A DNA stretch of 63,297 nt, filler included, from Clostridiaceae bacterium (GCA_012839865.1; 3 parts of 3 records of this genome joined end to end with filler, not necessarily neighbours in it); one strand, 5' to 3'; counted from the whole stretch's first letter, positions 1 to 11,201 are shown. A program made the numbers and translations. Notes: a model not told the origin generated them from the letters alone.

Positions 1-62
1 ACTGCAGTCAATAACTGCAATTATTACCTCAATAGTTGCCTGTATTCCTTTCATTTGCCGGT

Positions 63-947
63 TCAGCCTTTTACACTGCCCAGCATAATACCTTTAATAA
101 AATACTTCTGTAAAAATGGGTATAATGCCATAACCGGGATGCATGCAACAACTATCTGAGCACTCTTAAGTGTCTGGTTGTTAGTTTCCATAATTATTTT
201 ATAATCAGTTATATCTTCAAGCTGTGAAATATCTTCCTTGATAAGGATTGTCTGCAAATAACTTTGCAAAGGCATTTTTTCAATGCGGTTCATATACAAT
301 ATTCCGTCAAACCAGCTGTTCCAATGGTATACTGTGAAGAAAAGAACTATTGTTGCAAGGGCAGGCAGCGATATCGGAAGATAAATCCGAAAGAGCAAAG
401 TCCAGGGGCTTGCACCATCCAAATCTGCAGCATCGTCTATTTCGCTCGGGACATTCTTGAAAAAATTATATAGAACCAGAATACCGAAAACTCTGACTGA
501 AGTTGGAATAACCAATGCAAATATACTGTTGATCAGTCTGGTTTCTTTTATTACCATATAATTTGGTATCATACCACCGTTGAAAATCATTGTAATAAAC
601 AGGTACCAGGTAAAAAATGAACGGTACTTAAACTGGTCTTTGCTTCTCGAGATTGGGAAGGCTGTTAATATAGCAATAATAAAGTTAAGGGAAACTCCTA
701 ATATTACACGTTTCACAGAAACACCGAAAGTTTTCCAGAAAGTTACTCTTCTTATTATGTATACATAGGAGCTTAATGTAAATTCTTTCGGCCAAAACAA
801 TACCGCACCTTTCATTACTTCAACGCTGTTACTCAGTGAAACTGCAAGTACATGTATAAAAGGCAGCAGGCATATCATCGCTACCAGGATTAATATTAAA
901 TTAATAACAATATCGTAAGCATTTATTTTGTTTTTACGTTTGTTCAT
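63..947 (-). CDS. Carbohydrate ABC transporter permease (LplC/YtcP-like, CUT1 family)
   Basis: 294 aa with about 6 hydrophobic segments and an EAA-type loop (EIDDAADLDGASPW); C-terminal PFLQKYFIKGIMLGSVKG is typical of this permease class. Confidence 0.9.
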   Translation of the reverse strand: MNKRKNKINAYDIVINLILILVAMICLLPFIHVLAVSLSNSVEVMKGAVLFWPKEFTLSSYVYIIRRVTFWKTFGVSVKRVILGVSLNFIIAILTAFPISRSKDQFKYRSFFTWYLFITMIFNGGMIPNYMVIKETRLINSIFALVIPTSVRVFGILVLYNFFKNVPSEIDDAADLDGASPWTLLFRIYLPISLPALATIVLFFTVYHWNSWFDGILYMNRIEKMPLQSYLQTILIKEDISQLEDITDYKIIMETNNQTLKSAQIVVACIPVMALYPFLQKYFIKGIMLGSVKG

Positions 948-961
948 TTAAATATATCTCC

Positions 962-1876
962 CTAGAAAATTTTATAGTCCGCAAACTTATATGCCGCCCA
1001 GTAAGAAACAGATACAAAGAACAAGGATACCACCGACTTGAAAAATCCTGCTGCTGCAGCCAAACTGTACTGGAAGTTCACAATACCTATTCTGTAAATA
1101 AAAGTGTCCAGAATATCACCGGTCTCATACACCTGGGAATTGTACAGGTTGAATACCTGCTCAAACCCCGCATCCAATATGTTCCCCAGCTTAAGAAATG
1201 TCATTAAAACTATTGTACCGCTGATACATGGAATGGTAATATAAATTGCCTGTTTCCAGCGGTTGGCTCCATCAACAGTGGCTGACTCATATAATTCATG
1301 ATTAATTCCTGTTATTGCAGCTAGATATACAACAGAACTAAACCCGCATTCTTTCCATAACTCACTGACTACCAGCGTAGGAACAAACCATTTATTGTTA
1401 CCGAGAAAAAAGATAGATTCCACACCAAAAGCAGAAAGTAATTTATTTATAATACCTGTTGAAGGAGAAAGAATATCAACTAAAATAGCACTTATTATTA
1501 CCCATGATATAAAATGAGGCATATAGACTGATGTTTGAATCAGTTTTTTCAGGGATGTGAGTTTTACTTCATTAATTAATACAGCTAAGACCACAGGGAA
1601 TATTGCTATCGTTATCAACTTTAAAAAGGATATTATAAATGTGTTGCGGATTACCTGCATTGAATTGGGCATACTGAATAAATACTTAAAATTATCTACA
1701 CCAACCCATTGCTGTTTGCCAAACAACCCTTTGGCAGGAATAAATTTTTGAAAAGCGATAGCCAGACCGCCTAACGGTATATATGCATAGATAAATAAAA
1801 TTATTACCGCCGGCATTAGCATGATAATATACGTTGTTGTTCGTTTTCTGAGGAAATTACCAATTTTATTAAGCAT
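962..1876 (-). CDS. Carbohydrate ABC transporter permease (LplB/YteP-like)
   Basis: 304 aa, EAA loop ELYESATVDGANRWKQ, PHFISWV motif; 14 nt from the downstream permease. Confidence 0.9.
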   Translation of the reverse strand: MLNKIGNFLRKRTTTYIIMLMPAVIILFIYAYIPLGGLAIAFQKFIPAKGLFGKQQWVGVDNFKYLFSMPNSMQVIRNTFIISFLKLITIAIFPVVLAVLINEVKLTSLKKLIQTSVYMPHFISWVIISAILVDILSPSTGIINKLLSAFGVESIFFLGNNKWFVPTLVVSELWKECGFSSVVYLAAITGINHELYESATVDGANRWKQAIYITIPCISGTIVLMTFLKLGNILDAGFEQVFNLYNSQVYETGDILDTFIYRIGIVNFQYSLAAAAGFFKSVVSLFFVSVSYWAAYKFADYKIF

Positions 1877-2297
1877 AATTAATACTCCTCAACACTGTTT
1901 GAATTCCTTCTGTTGTGGATATAAGCTTTGCTTCCAAAGCGGAAATACTTGCTGCTAATAAAACCTAAGGGATCTGTAAATTGAATATTCTTTCATTTTT
2001 TTTGTTTGTTATAAGCAAAAATTTTTGTTAACTGACAATATAAAGTGTAGCACCATGGATTAATCTATACAACATGATATTGTTTCTAAATTCTTTTAAA
2101 TATTTCTTTCACCGTTACTAATCACACCTCCACAGACAAGGTGCAGAACCCCGCGGATGTACACATAATCCGTGAAGGTGTTTCAATAACGGTTTTATGC
2201 TATTCTGATCCTTTAGCCCATTAAACCTGACTATACAGAGGTAAACCAGACGGTTCGGTTACGCAGAACAACACCGGATTGCCTGCAGTTTCAAATA

Positions 2298-3845
2298 TTA
2301 TTGCTCATCTTTGTTCTTATTTGATTTATATTTCTCATAGTTTAATTTAATCGTTGTATTATCTGGTATCCGGTCCTCATTATCAATTGACCATCTTAAA
2401 AGTTTTCCTTCCAGTTCGTGTATGATTTCTGCATATTCCTTATTGTAACCGAGGTTAATTAATTCATCCGGATCGGTTAACAGATTGTACAGTTCCACAT
2501 CTCCGTTGTCATATACATTTAATTTCCATTGATGCGTTCGAATCGATTTGCCTTTGCCATACCATGCATCACGGTATGCACACCAGACAAAGTACCTCTC
2601 ATCAAACGGATTTTCAGGTCTGACTGTAATATCAGATACCTTCATTGGTTCGCCATGCTCACCGCTTTCTACAACAACAAATTCCTTTGGAGTATACCGG
2701 CTATCCTTTTCCAAAAACTGTTTCAGGCTTCTTCCCTGTACTCCAAAGGGGCTTTGCAGCCCGGCCAAATCCAGCAGGGTAGGAACAATGTCTACTAATT
2801 CTGCCAGTTCGTCAGTAACCTGCGGCTCAATATGAGAAGGCCACGAGATAATGAGCGGCACCTGTGTAATCGTATCATAGAAAGCATTGTGTTTTTGAAT
2901 CAAACCGTGTGCTCCCATTGAATCTCCATGATCCGATGTAAATACAATTATTGTTGATTCTTTAAGATTTTGTGCCTCCAATTCCTTGAGAACCCGCCCA
3001 ATACTGTCGTCAACAGCGTTAGTCATGCCGTAATGAATTGCCCGGATTTTTTTAATCAAATCATCATCAGCCATGTCCATGGCATCCATCAAATGGGCAA
3101 CCTTCTGCCTTTCCGGTTTATTCTCAAGCGTATCCTTCGGAGGCAACGGGATTGTATCAGGGTTATACATGCTTGCATATGGCTCCGGAGCCTGATATGG
3201 CGTATGGGGATCAGGGTAGGACAGCCAGAGGAAGAAGGGCTTATCCTTGTCACGCCTGTGCCGCAGGTAATCTATAGTTGCTTCGCCTAAAAGGTAGGAG
3301 CCACATTTCTTGTAGGAATATGGATTGGTTCCGTAGGCAAGAGGTGCTTTCCAGCAATGTTTAATGGCCCATTCATGTGCCTGCTTTACTTCAGGATCAT
3401 GTTCCCACCCTTCCACCCTATGGCCGTGGAATGCTTCCTGCACATGGTCAAAAGCAGTGTGAAGAGCGTCAGTTTTTATATCTTCCCTTCCGTGCACTCC
3501 AGGAAAAAATGCATGATCTCCTCCATCTGTGAAGGCGTGATTTTTCCCAATTAATGCCGTCTGGTATCCGTTATCCTTTAAAACATGCACAATAGTCCTT
3601 TCGTCCGGATGCAAATGTATAAAGTTGGCATGTGACCTGATAGTGTGCGCATATCTGCCGGTCAGCATCGATGCACGGGATGGAACACATGCAGGATAAT
3701 TGCAAAATGCGTATTTGAAAAGCACTCCGCTTTCAGCCAGCTTTTCCAGCGAAGGGGTTTTAACAACAGGATTGCCGTAGAGTCCAAGTGAGCAGGCACT
3801 CAATTGGTCTGTCTGAATAATAATTATATTTGGATGTTTCAGCAT
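2298..3845 (-). CDS. Sulfatase (Cys-type formylglycine, arylsulfatase/choline-sulfatase-like)
   Basis: N-terminal PNIIIIQTDQ, CxPxR signature CVPSRASMLTGRY, plus GKNH, DPHTPY and TSDHG motifs. Confidence 0.9.
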   Translation of the reverse strand: MLKHPNIIIIQTDQLSACSLGLYGNPVVKTPSLEKLAESGVLFKYAFCNYPACVPSRASMLTGRYAHTIRSHANFIHLHPDERTIVHVLKDNGYQTALIGKNHAFTDGGDHAFFPGVHGREDIKTDALHTAFDHVQEAFHGHRVEGWEHDPEVKQAHEWAIKHCWKAPLAYGTNPYSYKKCGSYLLGEATIDYLRHRRDKDKPFFLWLSYPDPHTPYQAPEPYASMYNPDTIPLPPKDTLENKPERQKVAHLMDAMDMADDDLIKKIRAIHYGMTNAVDDSIGRVLKELEAQNLKESTIIVFTSDHGDSMGAHGLIQKHNAFYDTITQVPLIISWPSHIEPQVTDELAELVDIVPTLLDLAGLQSPFGVQGRSLKQFLEKDSRYTPKEFVVVESGEHGEPMKVSDITVRPENPFDERYFVWCAYRDAWYGKGKSIRTHQWKLNVYDNGDVELYNLLTDPDELINLGYNKEYAEIIHELEGKLLRWSIDNEDRIPDNTTIKLNYEKYKSNKNKDEQ

Positions 3846-4247
3846 ATTCTCTTCCCTTCCTTCGTGTCAGGGTATGTTGGAAGCAGGGTTGTTGGCACAG
3901 TGATTGACACAACCCCCAAAGCTTAAAACCGGAAAACCTGATAAGTAGACATAGGTTATGAAGCAAAACCGCAACATTTTTATATTTTTCATACCGCATA
4001 TTAATGTTGCTGCTTTTTAGTTTATTAAAATTCTGCTTTACTTCATTAAATATTATATAATGGGGAAATGCTTATTTCATTACAAAAAACTGCTCAATTA
4101 TATAAAATTCATGCCTTATGCTGATGTCAAAAAACAAGCGCATTATCAGCGCGTCTTCATTTAACAGCTTTGCGCTTCCTTCAACTACAATACCAAACCT
4201 TAGGTATAATGAAGTACAAACCTTTCATAACCTTTTTTCCGGCATAG

Positions 4248-5264
4248 CTATCTCTTTCTTCTTTCGAGGAAATCTTTTATCGCAAGAACATTCTCCGGTG
4301 GTGTATCATACGGGATTACACCGGTGCCAAGCACAAATCTGTCATAACCCTTTGCCTTTTCCAAAATCCTCTCCGCATTTTCAAGTATATCGTTAATGGG
4401 GCCTCTTTGCACCAGCTTCGGGTCAATATTACCCCTTAGCATCAGATTTTTGGATGAAGCTTTTTTTATATAATGTCCAAGATCCACTTTGTAATCCGCT
4501 ACAATCAAGGTTGTACCGGTAGACATCATATCATCCAGTATAGAAGTGGTATCACCGCCAATTACCAGTGGAACAGAGCCGATACCCTGTTTCTTTATAT
4601 GGGTAATAAGCTCCTTTTCCCAGGGCATGACAAACTCCCTGTAAACCTCCGGAGAAATCAGGGGCGGAGTTGCCCAGGATTCAAATATTGTTATCCCGAG
4701 TCCCAAACGTATTATTTCGTTGCAATAGTCCTTTTGAAACTTCAGAATGGCATTAAGAAATGAGTGAACTTCGTCTGGGTCATCAATACACTTAAAAACA
4801 ATATTGTCATAGCTTAAGAGCTCTGCTGCTATTGAAAAAGGCCCACAAATTCCCAAACATACACTTACCTCGTGCCCAATGGTTTTATTTACGCGGTCTG
4901 CAGCGGTCAAAACATTCTGTATTCTTCCAAGGTTGGTGGAAAAGGCCAGCTTGCCAAATTCTATACCCTCCCTCATACCATGCACCAGTATCCCGGGTAT
5001 TGAGTTGTCGTCATGAAATTTTACCACACATCCCAGGGCTTCCGCTTCAATGTTGTAAACATCGATGCCCACCGTCACAGCATCATGCTTGTAACACTCA
5101 TATGCCTTAAGATGCGCCTCGGCAAGCAAATTCCGGTCTACAGCTGTTTCACTTGGGGTCTTGCCAATAAATCTGGCACCATGCTCAAACACAGTAGGTA
5201 AAAAAGGAATCCTGTCAGCCTTTTTTCCCTGACTTACAAGTTTCATTCTTCCCTTCGGGTTCAT
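4248..5264 (-). CDS. Uroporphyrinogen decarboxylase / MtaA-CmuA superfamily protein, function unknown
   Basis: DRIPFLP start, EAEALG, GPFSIA, GNIDP and C-terminal DTPPENV motifs; start moved to ATG 5264 behind a GAGAGG RBS. Confidence 0.75.
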   Translation of the reverse strand: MNPKGRMKLVSQGKKADRIPFLPTVFEHGARFIGKTPSETAVDRNLLAEAHLKAYECYKHDAVTVGIDVYNIEAEALGCVVKFHDDNSIPGILVHGMREGIEFGKLAFSTNLGRIQNVLTAADRVNKTIGHEVSVCLGICGPFSIAAELLSYDNIVFKCIDDPDEVHSFLNAILKFQKDYCNEIIRLGLGITIFESWATPPLISPEVYREFVMPWEKELITHIKKQGIGSVPLVIGGDTTSILDDMMSTGTTLIVADYKVDLGHYIKKASSKNLMLRGNIDPKLVQRGPINDILENAERILEKAKGYDRFVLGTGVIPYDTPPENVLAIKDFLERRKR

Positions 5265-5373
5265 TGCAAACCTCTCTTGATAATTTAAAATCACCTGATA
5301 TTGTATCACAGGTGATTTTTATTTTGTTTGTATTTTTTGTTATAAAATCTGCGTAATTTGCTTTCTGTAAATT

Positions 5374-5403
5374 AATCAGGCGGAATTTCTGCTCCGCCCG
5401 ATT
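5374..5403 (-). terminator. Probable intrinsic terminator after gnd
   Basis: AATCAGGCGGA...TCCGCCCGATT hairpin about 50 nt past the gnd stop. Confidence 0.5.
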
Positions 5404-5455
5404 AGTGAATAATATTGCTTTTTTGTCATTTACTATTGAGTAATCCATCCCATGC

Positions 5456-6907
5456 TTAAACAACATATGTTGATGCAGAGGTTGAACCGCCACGTCCTGT
5501 CCAGTTGGTATGGAAAAACTGTCCGCGGGGTTTGTCCAGTCTCTCATAAGTGTGAGCGCCAAAATAATCCCTCTGAGCCTGAAGCAGATTTGCAGGCAAT
5601 CTTTCGCTTCTATAACCGTCAAAGTAGCAAAGGGCTGAAGTAAATGCCGGAATCGGAATTCCATTGAGCAATGCAGTGGCAGTAACTCTTCTCCAGCTCT
5701 CCTGTGCGGCTTCAACTTTTTCCTTAAAGAACGGGTCAAGGAGCAAGTTATTGAGGTCGCGATTTTTATCAAAGGCTTCCTTGATCTTGCCAAGGAATAC
5801 CGACCTGATAATGCATCCGCCACGCCACATGAGCGCTATTCCGCCGTAATTGAGGTTCCATCCGTAGGTTTTTGCAGCAGCTTTCATAAGGCTGTAGCCC
5901 TGTGCATAAGAAACAATCTTCGATGCATAAAGGGCTTTTTTGATATCCTCAATAAACGCCTTTTTGTCTCCTTCGAACTTCGGTTTTGGACCTTTGAGAA
6001 TTCCGGAGGCCTCCACCCTCTCGTCCTTCATTGCAGACAGGCAACGGGCAAATACGGCTTCTCCGATAAGTGTAAGGGGAATACCCTCATCAAGGGCTGC
6101 AATTGCAGTCCATTTTCCTGTACCCTTTTGTCCGGCAGTATCCAGTATCTTATCTACCAGAGGCTTGCCATCTTCGTCTTTGTAAGCAAGGATATCGCGG
6201 GTAATTTCAATAAGGTAGCTGTCAAGCTCGCCCTCATTCCATTCCTTGAAAACTTCATGCATTTCATCTGCAGACATTCCAAGAAGATCCTTCATTAACT
6301 GGTATGCTTCGCATATAAGCTCCATATCGCCATACTCTATACCGTTGTGAACCATCTTTACAAAATGACCTGCTCCGTTTTCTCCTACCCAGTCGCAGCA
6401 TGGACTTCCATCCTCCACTTTGGCTGCAATAGCCTGGAATATAGGTTTCACATGCTCCCACGCTTCCGGGGAACCGCCGGGCATAAGGCTGGGACCTCTC
6501 AGGGCACCCTCTTCGCCGCCGGATACACCTGTTCCTATATAAAGCAGGCCTTTGCTTTCCACATATTTTGTTCTCCTGATTGTGTCAGGGAAATGGGAGT
6601 TGCCACCGTCAATTATTATGTCTCCCTTATCAAGATGTGGAATAAGCAAGTCAATAAAATCATCAACAGGTTGACCTGCCTTTACCATCAACATGATTTT
6701 GCGTGGTTTTTTAAGATTGCCAACCAACTCTTCAACAGAATGGGCTCCAATTATGTTTTTACCCTTTGCCCTGCCATTTATAAAATCATCCACTTTTGAT
6801 ACAGTGCGGTTATAACAGGCTACGGTAAAACCTTTGCTTTCCATATTAAGAATAAGATTTTCGCCCATCACGGCCAGACCGACAATTCCTATGTCAGCTC
6901 TACTCAT
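5456..6907 (-). CDS. gnd: 6-phosphogluconate dehydrogenase, NADP-dependent, decarboxylating
   Basis: [45 protein letters not shown] and [12 protein letters not shown] motifs. Confidence 0.97.
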   Translation of the reverse strand: MSRADIGIVGLAVMGENLILNMESKGFTVACYNRTVSKVDDFINGRAKGKNIIGAHSVEELVGNLKKPRKIMLMVKAGQPVDDFIDLLIPHLDKGDIIIDGGNSHFPDTIRRTKYVESKGLLYIGTGVSGGEEGALRGPSLMPGGSPEAWEHVKPIFQAIAAKVEDGSPCCDWVGENGAGHFVKMVHNGIEYGDMELICEAYQLMKDLLGMSADEMHEVFKEWNEGELDSYLIEITRDILAYKDEDGKPLVDKILDTAGQKGTGKWTAIAALDEGIPLTLIGEAVFARCLSAMKDERVEASGILKGPKPKFEGDKKAFIEDIKKALYASKIVSYAQGYSLMKAAAKTYGWNLNYGGIALMWRGGCIIRSVFLGKIKEAFDKNRDLNNLLLDPFFKEKVEAAQESWRRVTATALLNGIPIPAFTSALCYFDGYRSERLPANLLQAQRDYFGAHTYERLDKPRGQFFHTNWTGRGGSTSASTYVV

Positions 6908-7253
6908 TTTTTTATTTCCTCCTCTTTTAAGCTTTGGTACATTATTATATCAAAAACATTTTTTTCTTTCCACAAGAAAACCTTCTTTATTATTATTCAA
7001 TTTTATCGTTAGCAAATTCAAAAACTTTTGTAAAATTTTTTACATGCCTGTATAATTTCTTAAAGGCGGGTCAATACTAATACTGACCTCACAAAATACA
7101 TTTTGACCCCCTTTACATTCGGTTAGCTGCAACGGCTAACCACTTTTTTTATATTGAATATTTGTATTTTCCCCACTCAACGACCTTACAATTTGCACCG
7201 GGCTTGATTCAACATCTGACATTTTTCATTAACCGGAAACAACTCCGGTATGG

Positions 7254-9872
7254 CTATTTACATTGAGCTTTCTTATTTTTAAATATTTTATTGCCAATAG
7301 CGGCCAAAACCAGAATCAGAATTGAGGCTAATGTCACCATAAGACCAATCAAAAAATACTCTGGCACATACCATAATTCCACATCATGTTTGCCTTCAGA
7401 AATTTCAATACTTAAAAGTCCGTCGTCAAACGCCTGAGTCTCAACTTCCCGGCCGTCCACCTTTACATGCCATCCCTTATCATAGGGAATAGTCATGATT
7501 AAAAGGCCATTTTCTTCTGATTTTATTATTCCTTTTATCCGGGTATTATCAAAGCTTTCAATTTCAAAAGCGCTTTTTCCCAATATTTCCATTGCCTTTT
7601 CAAACTCAGGCAAATTCAGGGAGTAAGCATATAGTTGAAAATTTCCTGACGCCGGTGCCGATTCATCAAAGACAAGATTCAGCTCAAGAACGGTTCCTGC
7701 CCTGTAGAATCCGGGATTAATCAATGTTGACCGGCTGGCATTGAAATCAATCTTCTTTTCGCCTATCATTATAAACCCATTGTCAATTACATTGGGACTT
7801 GTATCAAGGTAAAGGTAGACTTGCTGGTCTTCCTTTACAAATATCCGGACTTTTGCGGTTGATTTGGCATCCTGGTTGGGACGTGTAAAATTGTAATACC
7901 TTGTACTTGTACTGCTAAAGGTAAGGTTGCTGTGCTGCGCCTGCACCATTTCAAGGGGTGAAAAAACATTTTCTATTTTTACAAGGTGTTTCATTAAAGC
8001 ATTCTGCCCGTCAAAGGGGTTGGACCATTTGCTTGTGTATTGTTTCATGCTTAAAGGCGCCCAAAAGCCAATCGATATGGCATATGGATTTTCAAAAACT
8101 GTTATCTCATTTGTGGAATCAATTTCCTTATATATGACTTCCTCAATATTTTGTGACCTGTTTATCAGATACTTTATCCCGAAAATTGAATCCAGCAATA
8201 CGGTTGACCCCTCATATTTGTAACTGTTGATGCCATTGGTGTGGTACCCGAAATTATCCATCATTTTGACAGGTTTTTCAGGAAATGTTGATGAAAAAAT
8301 CGACAAACCTCTGTAGTTGTAGAGGTGAGGGTCATTCGCGGTTTTGGGCGGAAATACCTCCATGCGGAAAAATTCCCTGTTTTCCCTGGACAGCATCGAA
8401 ATTTGCTCTCTGAGCTGTGAGACTTCCTCACCGCTGGAATAGCCATTTCTCAACGTATATCCTTCTGTCATGTTTATTTCAATAACATTTACAATTGTAT
8501 TTGCTGTTACCTCAAAAATTACAACCAGCAGAAATATAAGGACTCTTTTTGCAGCAGCTTTCTTCATGGTAAGCGCTGCGGCATACAGTATTACAAAAAA
8601 CATTCCGGCATACAGGGAATAAACCTGGATTGAAATGTCGGTAAATTTTTGAGTCATCACAATTAAAACCAAAACAGTGAAGCAAAACGCTCCAATCTGT
8701 CTTCTGGAAATCTCGTTGATCCTGGCATATGCTTTATAACTGATGGACAGAATCAAAAAAACATATACAAATGCAAACCTGTGGGGCAACTGGTTCGGAT
8801 AATGGAATCCATGCCATATGAAATTCAGCATGTTTATGTCAAAGCTCATGATTAAAACGAAAATAATTGCAATGTTAAGGAGTTTTTCCTTTGTGCTTAT
8901 ACTGCTGAGGAAAAAATACACGGGCACAAGTATTAAAACTATTATTCCGCAATAAATGTTGGGCATGCCTTCGCGTATTGCGGGTGATGCCATGGTAAAG
9001 TGCCGGGTTAAATAATCAAATAAATCGTAAAATTGCTTGAAGGTTTTAGGGAAAACGTCATCTGCCGCAGAAGTCAGTCTTAATGCAAAAAATGTCGGGA
9101 GCAGCAAAAAGGCGGAAAGCCCTCCCGCCAATAGCGAAAAAGATGCAAACCGGGCTGTTTTCCTGACAATCTGGCCAAAAGGTTTTATCCCGCAATACTG
9201 AAAAAGGCATACAGGATAATAAAGTGCAATAAACATGCATATGAAAAAAGCCATGTAAAAGTTTGAGATGATAGCCAGGGCCAGGGTCAGACAGTAGAAT
9301 ATTCCCCTCTCACCCCGGACAATTTTTACAAGGCCGAGAATCACAAGGGGAAGCAGATATATGGCATCCATCCACATAATGTTCCAGCAGTAAGCCAGGA
9401 CAAATCCTGAAAGGGCATACAGAAGCGAAAACGCGACGGTGGACAGGTTCTCTTCACCGTGTACGCCTTTCAGGTAATATGCAAAACATGCTCCCGCAAG
9501 TCCAACTTTGAGCAAAGTTAGAAAAAGTATTGCTTCGGATAAATATTCCTTTGGGAATAAAACAGTCAACAAGTTAAAAGGGCTTGCCAGGTAATATGCA
9601 ATCTGCGGAAGGTAGCTTGCTCCAAGGCCTCCAGACCAGGAATACAACAAGCTTGAAAAAGATTTAAGTTTATCCTGCAAATCTGAAATAAAGGGTGCAT
9701 ACTGGTGAAAAAGATCTATAATAAGTACATCACAATTGCCAAAGGGATAGATAAAATTACATGCATATGCAATTTCAAGTATTACAGAAGGAAGGAAGAA
9801 TGACAAAAGAAAAACATAGTGCTTCCTTAAAAACAATCCTGCTTTTTTCACAATACTGACACTACCTGTCAC
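7254..9872 (-). CDS. yfhO: YfhO-family polytopic membrane protein (GT-C-like glycosyltransferase)
   Basis: 872 aa; DLFHQY, YYLASPFNLL, NFYMAFFIC, WHGFHYPNQLPHRF and IPYDKGW motifs. Confidence 0.85.
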   Translation of the reverse strand: MTGSVSIVKKAGLFLRKHYVFLLSFFLPSVILEIAYACNFIYPFGNCDVLIIDLFHQYAPFISDLQDKLKSFSSLLYSWSGGLGASYLPQIAYYLASPFNLLTVLFPKEYLSEAILFLTLLKVGLAGACFAYYLKGVHGEENLSTVAFSLLYALSGFVLAYCWNIMWMDAIYLLPLVILGLVKIVRGERGIFYCLTLALAIISNFYMAFFICMFIALYYPVCLFQYCGIKPFGQIVRKTARFASFSLLAGGLSAFLLLPTFFALRLTSAADDVFPKTFKQFYDLFDYLTRHFTMASPAIREGMPNIYCGIIVLILVPVYFFLSSISTKEKLLNIAIIFVLIMSFDINMLNFIWHGFHYPNQLPHRFAFVYVFLILSISYKAYARINEISRRQIGAFCFTVLVLIVMTQKFTDISIQVYSLYAGMFFVILYAAALTMKKAAAKRVLIFLLVVIFEVTANTIVNVIEINMTEGYTLRNGYSSGEEVSQLREQISMLSRENREFFRMEVFPPKTANDPHLYNYRGLSIFSSTFPEKPVKMMDNFGYHTNGINSYKYEGSTVLLDSIFGIKYLINRSQNIEEVIYKEIDSTNEITVFENPYAISIGFWAPLSMKQYTSKWSNPFDGQNALMKHLVKIENVFSPLEMVQAQHSNLTFSSTSTRYYNFTRPNQDAKSTAKVRIFVKEDQQVYLYLDTSPNVIDNGFIMIGEKKIDFNASRSTLINPGFYRAGTVLELNLVFDESAPASGNFQLYAYSLNLPEFEKAMEILGKSAFEIESFDNTRIKGIIKSEENGLLIMTIPYDKGWHVKVDGREVETQAFDDGLLSIEISEGKHDVELWYVPEYFLIGLMVTLASILILVLAAIGNKIFKNKKAQCK

Positions 9873-9991
9873 AGCTAATGCTCCTTTTATGCAAATTCAA
9901 TAATCATTTTTGCATATTATAACATCTTTTGCAAGTATAAATGCCTGAACCGTAAAATTTGCCGCTATTAATAAAACTTAAGATAAAGCAG

Positions 9992-10016
9992 GGACAGGGT
10001 ACCTGTTACCCTGTCC
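9992..10016. repeat. REP-like palindrome GGACAGGGTA-N5-TACCCTGTCC (may also act as terminator of the aminopeptidase)
   Basis: Perfect 10-bp inverted repeat; its GGACAGGG core recurs at 53077-53238. Confidence 0.5.
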
Positions 10017-10085
10017 TACGCGTTCTGCATACATTTCTTTCGTAAGAAGCCAAGTCTTAATATCATCAATTTTCATTTGCTGCCT

Positions 10086-11201
10086 TTATATCAGGTTTTC
10101 CGGATTCAGGCATTCCAGTTCTTTTACCGTAAAAACTCCGTCTTTGCGAATAAGACGGTCATCAAACCATATCTCCCCGCCGCCATACTCCGGTCTCTGT
10201 ATCAAAACAAGATCCCAGTGTATTGCTGAATTGTTGCCATTGTTGCATGCCTCATAGCAGCTTCCCGGTGTAAAGTGCAGGCTTCCCTTTATTTTTTCAT
10301 CGAAAAGTGTATCCATCATGGGCTTTTCAATATACGGATTAAGACCCAGTGAGAATTCACCTATATATCTTGCACCTTCGTCCGTGTCCAGAACTTTATT
10401 TATTCTTTCGGTGTCATTGGCAGTTGCCTTTATAATCTTGCCGTCTTTGAATTCGAATCTTATATTTTCGAATTTGAAGCCTTGGTATACCGCCGGAACA
10501 TTATATGTGATAACCCCGTTTACCGAATCTCTTACAGGTGCAGAATAGACTTCTCCGTCGGGAATGTTTCTTCGACCATCGCATTTAATTCCTGGAAGCG
10601 GCTTTATTGAAAAAGTAATGTCGGTGCCTTTGCCGGTTATACGTACCTTGTCCGTCTTGTTCATTAACTCAACAAGGCTGTCCATGGCCTTTGACATTTT
10701 TGAGTAGTCAAGATTGCATACCCTAAAATACAGGTCCTCAAAAAGTTCGGTGGGCATGTCTGCAAGCTGTGCCATGGAATGATTCGGGTATCTCAGTACA
10801 ACCCACTTTGTTTTCTTAACCCTTATTTCATGGTGTACCGGGTGTTGGAAGAACTCATTGAATATTTTCATTTTCTCAGGAGGAACTCCCCCCATTTCAC
10901 TTATGTTATTCCTTACCCGCAGGCCTATATATGCATCCATATCATTCATTCTGGCTGCCTCATATCGTGACATGGCCTTAACCTGTTCCTCGGTGCATTC
11001 ACTCAGGAGCACGCGATCGAGCTCGTCATTTTTTATATTCAGGAACGGTACTCCTCCTGCTCTGTATGCCTCCCGGATCAACTCCCTGGTTAGAGGCACT
11101 TCATTTCCAAAGTTTTCTATGAGTATCTTCTCTCCCGTCTGCAATCTACAGGAGTAATTGATTAAATTCTTTGCCAGTTTTTCTATTCTCGGGTCCTTCA
11201 T
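10086..11201 (-). CDS. Aminopeptidase, peptidase M29 family (AmpS/AmpT-like)
   Basis: NIPDGEVYSAP, GEFSLG, LFDEKIKGSLHFTPG and SAIHWDLV motifs. Confidence 0.9.
   Translation of the reverse strand: MKDPRIEKLAKNLINYSCRLQTGEKILIENFGNEVPLTRELIREAYRAGGVPFLNIKNDELDRVLLSECTEEQVKAMSRYEAARMNDMDAYIGLRVRNNISEMGGVPPEKMKIFNEFFQHPVHHEIRVKKTKWVVLRYPNHSMAQLADMPTELFEDLYFRVCNLDYSKMSKAMDSLVELMNKTDKVRITGKGTDITFSIKPLPGIKCDGRRNIPDGEVYSAPVRDSVNGVITYNVPAVYQGFKFENIRFEFKDGKIIKATANDTERINKVLDTDEGARYIGEFSLGLNPYIEKPMMDTLFDEKIKGSLHFTPGSCYEACNNGNNSAIHWDLVLIQRPEYGGGEIWFDDRLIRKDGVFTVKELECLNPENLI

Noticed and set aside
7120..7150. GGTTAGC/GCTAACC hairpin with a T-run on the + strand between gnd and yfhO
   Set aside because: Its orientation does not fit the flanking minus-strand genes and there is no evidence of a + strand transcript; too weak to call.
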